Positions 1 through 5,888 of a stretch of DNA of 5,888 bases are shown piece by piece. Position numbers and translations under genes: made by a program. The stretch is from Prasinococcaceae sp. CCMP 1430 (Eukaryota > Plantae > Prasinodermophyta). Under the pieces are notes generated by a model. That model did no database searches, was not told where the DNA came from, and worked only from the letters and a program-made list of their open reading frames with translations. The first letter of the stretch is position 1; each line of letters starts with the position of its first letter. The stretch is taken from positions 1 to 5,888 of the forward strand of contig RQSC01001053.1 of assembly GCA_013416795.1 (NCBI GenBank), written 5' to 3'.

Positions 1-47
1 GTAAAGGATCATGCACGTGAGGGTGGCATATCTCATTTGTTGAGCGA

Positions 48-570
48 TTGTTGTGCAAGCTGGACTGGGTAGCGGATGTCATAGACAAGGCACGGGAAGT
101 CATCAAGTTCTTTACCAACAAGCACATGGCCCATGCATTATTCAGGGAGGCGTCCAAGGAAGTGGGCTCGGGCTTGGAGCTCCAGAAGCCGGCAGAGACA
201 AGATTTGCGGTCGTCTTCATTACTCTGGACAGGTTGCTTGATTTGAAGGCATGGGTGAGCAGTCTGCCAGCAGCAGGAAGGCAGAAGACAGAGGATGTGA
301 AGGACATTGTGGCAACACGTGGGTTCTGGAGGGGAGTCCAGGATGTGACAGCAGCATGTCAGCCGTTTGTTGAGGTGCTCTCCTTGGTAGACTCGAGGAC
401 CCCGACCATGGGCAAGATCTTTGAGAAAATGGACAAGGCTATTGAGGCAGTGAGGGGGTCAAGCTTGGCAGTTCGCAAGAAGGCGCAAGTGGAGGAGATC
501 ATGCAGAGTAGGTGGGCAGCCATGCATTCGCCATGGCACGCAGCAGGGAAGGCCCTTGATCCAGATGTAC
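48..570 (+). pseudogene. hAT-superfamily DNA transposase fragment (plant/algal DUF659-associated type), truncated before the hATC dimerisation domain
   Basis: The translation carries characteristic hAT motifs in the expected order: KLDWVADVIDKAREVIKFFTN, KPAETRFA, FW..V...CQPFVEVLSLVDS.TPTMGKIFEKMDKA, and RW..MHSPWHAAGKALDP (compare the family pattern HSPLHAAGYYLNP). There is an in-frame TGA at 18-20 and no ATG start (48 is TTG). Similarity stops at about 570; the last codons to 593 are read-through into the antisense of the LINE. Confidence 0.82.
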
Positions 571-580
571 TCATCAATCA
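571..580 (-). repeat. Very short 3' tail repeat TGATTGATGA overlapping the ORF stop codon
   Basis: The minus strand reads ...GCA AGC AGT GAT TGA TGA | gtacatctgg (hAT antisense). There is no poly(A). Confidence 0.45.
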
Positions 581-3500
581 CTGCTTGCCATAGCTTGAGC
601 CATTGACCTCGCGTCCAAAGACGGACCAGTGACTGAGTCTGAAACTGCATTGACCACAAAGTAACTCTCAGACCCATACAATGCCAAGCATCTCTCCTTC
701 CACAGATCGACAAGAAAAGACTTCACCAAGACGTCAGTCTCAGAAGACAGAGCGCCAAAATAGGTATCACTCAACATGGCACCAGACTGGACATCAAGGG
801 GAAGAGACGTTAACTCCGACAGCGAAGCAGGACCGATAACAGCGGACAACTTCGCAAAGAAAGAGCCACGGATGGAAGCATACGTAGGGCACACGCACAA
901 CACATGAGGGACAGTCTCCACTTCAGCACCACAGTTTGGACAAGATTGTCTCCTCGTAGAAGACCAGCGCCCCACCTCCTCCATAAGGCCTGAAGATCCA
1001 GACCTGAATTTGAATTTGAGTTTCGAGCCAAGTGTCAAGGGCCCCGCAAGGTAGGCTCTAAGACCAAAATCCTCATGCAAAAAGGAGTATATATGGAGCT
1101 TTGGCTTGGAGTAAATTCCATCCAACTCCTCCCTCCTTGCTTCTGCCTCCACAGCCCTGGCTATGGACGACGACCAGGACTCCTCAGGGGTTGCCTCGAG
1201 TTCACCTTCAGTGATACCAACTGCCACGAAAATATCCTTTACCCTGGATTCCCAGGACTTGGCCTGTCTCCCTCTTCTGACAGAAGTCCAGGATGCGTCC
1301 TCAAGAATAGCCGGGTAACGTGTACCTTCCATGTGTTTGACCTGGTACCACCATTTCAGATGCGCTTTCTGACGGCGACTTTGAAGCGTAGGAAGCCCAA
1401 AGTCACCACGTACTGCCTCATTGGGAGTGCTACAGCAAACTCCCAACAAACCCTTCACCACTGAGAGCTGAATGGATTCCAAAGATTTCGCCTCAGTTTT
1501 GTTACAGTCCCAGACTTCGGAGGCATACTCTAACACTGGTCGCAAAGCATGCACAATGATAGCACGCTTTGCTTCCGTGGAAATGCCCTTGGCCCTCAGA
1601 ACACGACTGAGCTCACCAGCCCTCTGCTTGCCTTTCGTAATCACCTGCTGAATATGCGCACTCCAATGACAGTTGGAGTGAAACAGTACACCAAGATACT
1701 TATATTGGTCAACTACAGGTAGGGCTTCCCCACCCCATAGCCATTCCTGTCTCTTATCTTCATCATCCCCGTTGAAGACAAGGACCGCGCACTTGCTAAC
1801 ATTTGCTTCCAAGTGCCAGGTATTGCAATATTCGTGGGCCATATCGATTTGCACCTGCAGCTGTTCGGCGCTTTCTGCCAAACCTGCGTAGTCATCAGCG
1901 AACATAAGCGCCGCGATACGATGACTATCACCAGTTCTCAGCAAGATAGGGACACCAAAGGCCCCATTATCTGACTGAAGAAGGATATCATTAACAAATA
2001 TATCGAAGAGAGTAGGCGACAAGGTGCAGCCCTGTGCTACACCCTGAGTGAGTGGGAAGACCTGAGAAAGCTCCCCATTGACCAAAACTCTGCTCTTCGT
2101 TATATCGTAAAAAGCTTTTATGATCCGCCACATCTTCCCCCTTATCCCCATCTGCCACATCTTCCACCACAGGCCCTCCCGCCACACCGTGTCATAAGCC
2201 TTCTTGAAGTCAAGGAAGACTACAAACGTTTTCTTGTTTTCACGCTTCCGACCAGCCACAATCTGGTGCAAAGTGAAGATGTGGTCGATGCAGCCCCGCT
2301 TAAATCGGAAACCGGCCTGGCCCTCATGAAGAAGTCTCTTCTTCTCCAACCACTTCATGAGGCGACTGTTGAGAACCCTGCAAAAGAGTTTCCCGACCAC
2401 ACTTAGAAGTGTGATGCCTCTATAGTTCCCTGGATCTTCTTTATCACCTTTCTTGAAAAGATTCACAATGGTGCCTTCACGCCATTCAAATGGAACGACT
2501 TCCGAATCCCAGATTGCCTGAAACAGAGAAGCTAATGCTTCTCCCATGGCATTGCCACCCTGCTTAAGTAATTCGTTGACAAAACCATCGCTTTCAGCAC
2601 CGGCCTTGTTATTCTCAAGCTGGGCTCTTGCTTCATTTATCTCATCCAAGGAAGGGGGTGCAGAAAGTTCTGCATCTCCCTCATCCATGGACATACCAAA
2701 CTCTTTTACCTCCTCTGATACCTTTGAAGCCCAGGACAACTTGTCCTGGCTCACGTTACCGCTGGAGCTATTTCCCAGTTTCCTGTAGTGTTCCTCGAAA
2801 ACCTGTGTGACTTCAGCCGGAGCTGTAACAGTGGCCCCCAACTGATTTCTGATGGCTGCAACACCATTATCTCCCTTAGGTTTCCACAACTTCCTAACTG
2901 CACCCCAGAACTGGCGCTTCGTTCCTTGATAATTGTTGTTCAGTTTGGTGGTCATGGAATCCCACAACTCCTGCTTCTTAACTCTGATTTCTTCATGGAT
3001 TTGACGTCGCAGTTCACAATATTGCTGCCACAAGCGGAGCTTGTCGCCACTGCTAGCTGCTCTCCATTCTCTATGTTTCAGCCTCCTCTGAGAGATCTTC
3101 CTTCTCAGTGAGGAGGTCCACCATTTCACCGACCGGCCACACATCACCTTCTTCTTCCCCACGGCATCCATAGCTGCCTGATGAACCCGAGAGTTCCATT
3201 CCCTGATTATCTGCTGGGAAGCATCTCTCCCCTTGCCAAAAGCCACTGTCGTCTCCTCAACAAATATAGAGAAGTTTGCCATGGTGCGCGAAATGTTCCT
3301 CTCATAACCTGCTGAGACATCCTCTTCAACCAGTCTTTCAACGTCCCACTTGACAAGAACTTTCTGAGATACTGGAACCCTAAGGACCCTCCTTCCACTT
3401 GGGAGATTGAACCAAATCAAGGAATGGTCTGTGCTACCTATGTCTTCAACACACACATGTAGAGTGGGGCATGAGGAGCTTAAACCTAGACAACGCTCAA

Positions 3501-4761
3501 CAGCAACATAATCGATGACAGAGGCAACCTCATTCTTGCTCCCCCACCCAAATCTAGTGTACTCAGGGGTTGATACTCTCTTTCTGCCATTAAGTACAAC
3601 CAGCCCCTGCTCGCGAAGGAAGTCTAACAACCTCTGGCCATTACTATTAACTACGTCCTCATTATATGAACCAGCAATATCAGACTCGCCAACACCTTTG
3701 CCGATACGTGCATTGAAGTCCCCAACGAGGCACACCTCTCCCTTGGCGGCCATAGCTAAGCAGTCCTGCTTAAGAAGCTCAAAGGCTTTTGTACAAATGG
3801 GCGCAGCAGACCCATCTGTGGGCATGTATACATTGCCTATAAGCACATCCCTATGCTGAGCCCCACCCTTTATTCTAATCCAAATGCTGTCCTCATAATG
3901 CGTTTGAGAGATAACCTCGACCAAGGCCTTCAAACAATTGCGCACCAAGAAGCCAACCCCTCCACTACCTTTCTTGCCCTTTTGAGCACAAGTCCGCTTG
4001 CGCCCAAACCATGTGTAATTCTTAAACTTAGGAGTCTGAATTTTCTCGGACTCGTGAGATTCTTGTATACCCACAAGATCGAGGTTGTGGGCTGCGATAA
4101 GCTCTTCAACCTCCTGTTGTTTCCGTTGGTTGGTCAGCCCACAAACATTCCAGGAGCCAACCCTCCAACATTTTCCAAACTGAGATTGTGTAGGTACCTT
4201 GGGAGTGAGCACCTTAGGTGTTGCCTTAGAGGATTGCTCATCTCCTTGGTGAGCTAAAACTGCGAAGGGATTGGAGCATTGGATGACAGGAGACGAGAAT
4301 TGCTGAATGTGGACACCTTGTCTCCTCCACGCCATGCGCCAGCCACCAGTCAAGTGACGAATGGTGTTGGAGGAAACCCTCTCATGCTCAGACACAAACT
4401 TGCACGCCAGAGAGGGACTCAGACGGACAACCACAATCTCCCCACGCCGGAAATATCTCCCCTGGCACAGAGAATGCAGGCCCAAGCTGGCACATTGCAA
4501 ATAAAACAAACGCATGTCAACATCATGAAGGACTCCAAAAGTAGCAATGTACACATCAGAGGAGAAGAAGGTGGACCAGCCTTCCCCAGGGTTAAGGAGA
4601 CCTACCTCAAGGTGATCCTGGCTTGGAGCCCGGGCCACGTTCCTGATATCCAACTTGGGGGATTGAGGCCCGGACTCCTTGCCACGAGTCACCTCCCCAC
4701 CCCTTTCTCTACGTGGACTCTCTGGAACGTGTGATGGATTAGGCCCCATCTCCCTAGCCAT
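574..4761 (-). CDS. LINE ORF2-like polyprotein, 1395 aa: N-terminal extension, AP endonuclease, reverse transcriptase, CCHC zinc knuckle
   Basis: The ORF is stop-free from ATG at 4761 (frame closed upstream by TGA at 4803-4801) to TGA at 576-574, followed by a second TGA at 573-571. All diagnostic APE and RT motifs are present. Confidence 0.96.
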   Translation of the reverse strand: MAREMGPNPSHVPESPRRERGGEVTRGKESGPQSPKLDIRNVARAPSQDHLEVGLLNPGEGWSTFFSSDVYIATFGVLHDVDMRLFYLQCASLGLHSLCQGRYFRRGEIVVVRLSPSLACKFVSEHERVSSNTIRHLTGGWRMAWRRQGVHIQQFSSPVIQCSNPFAVLAHQGDEQSSKATPKVLTPKVPTQSQFGKCWRVGSWNVCGLTNQRKQQEVEELIAAHNLDLVGIQESHESEKIQTPKFKNYTWFGRKRTCAQKGKKGSGGVGFLVRNCLKALVEVISQTHYEDSIWIRIKGGAQHRDVLIGNVYMPTDGSAAPICTKAFELLKQDCLAMAAKGEVCLVGDFNARIGKGVGESDIAGSYNEDVVNSNGQRLLDFLREQGLVVLNGRKRVSTPEYTRFGWGSKNEVASVIDYVAVERCLGLSSSCPTLHVCVEDIGSTDHSLIWFNLPSGRRVLRVPVSQKVLVKWDVERLVEEDVSAGYERNISRTMANFSIFVEETTVAFGKGRDASQQIIREWNSRVHQAAMDAVGKKKVMCGRSVKWWTSSLRRKISQRRLKHREWRAASSGDKLRLWQQYCELRRQIHEEIRVKKQELWDSMTTKLNNNYQGTKRQFWGAVRKLWKPKGDNGVAAIRNQLGATVTAPAEVTQVFEEHYRKLGNSSSGNVSQDKLSWASKVSEEVKEFGMSMDEGDAELSAPPSLDEINEARAQLENNKAGAESDGFVNELLKQGGNAMGEALASLFQAIWDSEVVPFEWREGTIVNLFKKGDKEDPGNYRGITLLSVVGKLFCRVLNSRLMKWLEKKRLLHEGQAGFRFKRGCIDHIFTLHQIVAGRKRENKKTFVVFLDFKKAYDTVWREGLWWKMWQMGIRGKMWRIIKAFYDITKSRVLVNGELSQVFPLTQGVAQGCTLSPTLFDIFVNDILLQSDNGAFGVPILLRTGDSHRIAALMFADDYAGLAESAEQLQVQIDMAHEYCNTWHLEANVSKCAVLVFNGDDEDKRQEWLWGGEALPVVDQYKYLGVLFHSNCHWSAHIQQVITKGKQRAGELSRVLRAKGISTEAKRAIIVHALRPVLEYASEVWDCNKTEAKSLESIQLSVVKGLLGVCCSTPNEAVRGDFGLPTLQSRRQKAHLKWWYQVKHMEGTRYPAILEDASWTSVRRGRQAKSWESRVKDIFVAVGITEGELEATPEESWSSSIARAVEAEARREELDGIYSKPKLHIYSFLHEDFGLRAYLAGPLTLGSKLKFKFRSGSSGLMEEVGRWSSTRRQSCPNCGAEVETVPHVLCVCPTYASIRGSFFAKLSAVIGPASLSELTSLPLDVQSGAMLSDTYFGALSSETDVLVKSFLVDLWKERCLALYGSESYFVVNAVSDSVTGPSLDARSMAQAMASSD
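889..942 (-). other. C-terminal CCHC zinc knuckle (C-x2-C-x8-H-x4-C), aa 1274-1291
   Basis: The translation CPNCGAEVETVPHVLCVC is followed by PTYASIR, resembling the cysteine-rich C-terminus of many APE-type LINE ORF2 proteins. Confidence 0.8.
1678..2610 (-). other. Non-LTR reverse transcriptase domain, aa about 718-1028
   Basis: Motifs KKGDKEDPGNYRGITLLS, QAGFR, FLDFKKAYDTV, GVAQGCTLSPTLF, FADD (1902-1891) and YKYLGV are present. Confidence 0.96.
3403..4167 (-). other. Apurinic/apyrimidinic-like (EEP family) endonuclease domain, aa about 199-453
   Basis: Motifs VGSWNVCGL, LVGIQES, GGVGFLV, GNVYMP, GDFNAR, NSNGQRLLDF, IDYV and STDH are present; the catalytic N, E, Y, D, N, D and H positions look intact. 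Confidence 0.93.
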
Positions 4762-5214
4762 GGATCGAGTGATAGCAGGTGAGAGATTCGACCAAAACGC
4801 TCACCTAAGCAAAGTGGTCTAGTCCATTCAAGGTATGGACACCTGTCTGATGAGCATTCCCGAAAGAAAACTCGTGCTGGGGCTGCCAGCGGCCAGCAGA
4901 CTGTCTAAAAAGACCTGGCCGATACTTGCCGAGACCTTTGGAAGATCATCCGCATGTAGGGTGCAACCAAAGGGAGCTCCACAAGCCTGGACCACAGTTT
5001 CAAATGCCTGGCCAGGACAAAATCCACTGCAGACCGTAGTGCACAATACACAACAAAAATCGACTCAGAAACACACGAAAGGAACAAGAAGTGCACATGA
5101 GAGCCAAGAAGGACACACCAAGGTACACATTACTGATGGAAGCCAATCAGAAAAAAAAACACAGAATATATTTCAGCAGGTACGCAACATCAAACAACCA
5201 CACAGAAGACGATT

Positions 5215-5260
5215 AGACTGGACTGGACTGGACTCAGACCGGACTGGACCCGACAGGACG
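5215..5260 (+). repeat. Degenerate pentamer tandem repeat (GGACT)n, about 9 units
   Basis: agact-ggact-ggact-ggact-c-agacc-ggact-ggacc-cgaca-ggacg. Confidence 0.85.
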
Positions 5261-5274
5261 CGATTTGGCTCAAG

Positions 5275-5400
5275 CGTTAGGCAAATAGATGAGCTAGTAC
5301 CCGAAGGCACGACAATGTACCCCTTCCATCCGGGCCAAACCTCCATGGGAAGGGAGGGCGGCAACCGAGGGAAGGGTGACCCTATCTGACTAGGCCAACG
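5275..5400 (-). other. Predicted structured RNA domain at the LINE 5' end (long imperfect hairpin 5376-5321 plus cUUCGg hairpin 5310-5297)
   Basis: Pairing was done by hand on the minus strand: CCCUUCC/GGAAGGG, UCGG/CCGG, GCC/GGC and CCUCC/GGAGG with loop CUUCCCAU. The adjacent hairpin is GUGCC-UUCG-GGUAC. A possible closing stem is AGAUAGG (5387-5381)/UCUAUUU (5289-5283). No folding energy was computed. Confidence 0.55.
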
Positions 5401-5888
5401 AGTCCACTAATTCCAGGTTTGAAGGCTAAGAATGTCCTTAGATATTCGTTAAGGCATACGCTGTAAGGTTAATTTGATCGAGATATGCACATTAGTCGTT
5501 GTTTTACAGGCGGCTCATTGAATTTAAATATTTTGTGGCTATCATTTGAAAAGTGCAAACGCGTTTTGAAAAAGTGGGCATTTTGGCGGATGCGATGGTG
5601 TTTGTGGATTGCTCCCTTGTGTAAACGCGCTTTTACAAGCCCAATCCGGGCCGCAGGGTTGGCTGTCATATCGGCACCGCATTTCGATCCGTATGTGTAT
5701 CATGATAATTTGTGATGCACGTAATGAAAAAACGAACTCCGAATGAGGCTCTGTGGATGTGAGAGCTACAACTTATGTCGCGTACTATCAAAATGGGCTC
5801 CATATCGCGACGACTAACATATATTTTACTTTTTCGAAAAACTTCTCTCAAAATACTTTCAAAATTTTAAAAAGGTCGTCTCATTTTG

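Larger units (their letters stand above)
571..5410 (-). mobile_element. Non-LTR retrotransposon (LINE), APE-RT type, single ORF, probably RTE-group/RTEX-like; apparently full length (5' boundary approximate, about 5400-5420)
   Basis: It contains an intact APE+RT+CCHC ORF, no LTRs and no integrase. The 3' end lies at the hAT junction (571-580). The 5' boundary is inferred only from the end of the GC-rich structured segment and the shift to AT-richer DNA after about 5410. The clade assignment is an unverified impression from the single-ORF layout, the RT motifs and the C-terminal FR.G...L..E.GR...C..C motif. Confidence 0.85.
4762..5410 (-). promoter_or_regulatory. Putative 5' UTR/leader (internal promoter region) of the LINE
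   Basis: It lies directly upstream of the ORF with no long sense ORF (72 aa at most, non-ATG starts). It has a GC-rich structured 5' part, a pentamer repeat and a U/UG-rich tract. Promoter function is inferred from general LINE biology, not from a recognised motif. Confidence 0.55.

Noticed and set aside
574-593. 20-nt convergent overlap of the hAT ORF and the LINE ORF
   Set aside because: This is an artefact of the truncated hAT frame reading into the LINE antisense until a chance TAG; it is not an evolved overlap.
1075-4734. Several + strand ORFs antisense to the LINE ORF (1075, 2546, 2628, 2788, 3515, 3853, 4279)
   Set aside because: Most of the long ones are in codon register with the sense ORF, a common by-product of codon usage, and none has recognisable motifs.
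574-4761. Bacterial RT system (group II intron, retron, DGR, CRISPR-RT) interpretation
   Set aside because: The N-terminal APE domain, non-LTR RT motifs, CCHC tail and neighbouring hAT transposase are all eukaryotic hallmarks. No CRISPR array or group II intron domain V was seen.
4841-4880. Hammerhead-like core on the + strand: CTGATGA-G-cattcc-C-GAAA-G-aaaa-C-TC
   Set aside because: Stem II is 1 bp, stem III is 2 bp, and stem I would be only three G-U wobbles. It is also antisense to the LINE transcript. Minimal hammerheads exist in Penelope-like elements, but those have a solid stem I.
4828-5046. 72-aa minus-strand ORF in the same frame as the main ORF (possible ORF1 or read-through)
   Set aside because: It has a non-ATG start, no recognisable motif, and is separated from the main ORF by three stops (4830-4828, 4821-4819, 4803-4801).
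5318-5340. GCCCGGAU...GGAAGGGG resembles the 3' half of plant twister ribozymes as I recall them
   Set aside because: The GGUCCCAAGCCC loop and the upstream UAA cleavage segment are absent.
5418-5426. tttgaaggc matches hAT positions 242-250
   Set aside because: About one 9-mer match is expected by chance between regions of this size, it is not adjacent to the 3' junction, and the following translation is not hAT-like.
5686-5703. gatccgtatgtgtatcat resembles the left junction gatccagatgtactcat (558-574), a possible TSD
   Set aside because: It has several mismatches and a gap, and lies about 280 nt from the likely 5' end. A young intact element should have a near-exact TSD.
5469-5851. Small ORFs in the right flank (66, 76 and 61 aa)
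   Set aside because: They are short, show no hAT C-terminal or other motifs, and are within chance expectation.

Overview
Eukaryotic-type nested transposon region. Most of the window (about 571-5410, minus strand) is an apparently full-length non-LTR retrotransposon (LINE). It has one uninterrupted 1395-aa ORF encoding an about 200-aa N-terminal extension, an APE endonuclease, a reverse transcriptase (FADD) and a C-terminal CCHC knuckle. The ORF is preceded by an about 650-nt leader carrying a compact predicted RNA structure and a pentamer repeat. The stop codon sits in a tiny (TGAT/TGA) tail that directly abuts a degenerate, C-terminally truncated hAT transposase fragment on the + strand (48-570). 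That transposase does not resume on the other side of the LINE, and I found no target-site duplication. The right flank (about 5410-5888) is AT-richer non-coding DNA with short palindromes. Family calls come from motif recognition by eye, with no database search. I see no convincing evidence of a wholly new system. The best leads are the structured 5' RNA, the RRM-like N-terminal domain, and the asymmetric LINE/hAT junction.
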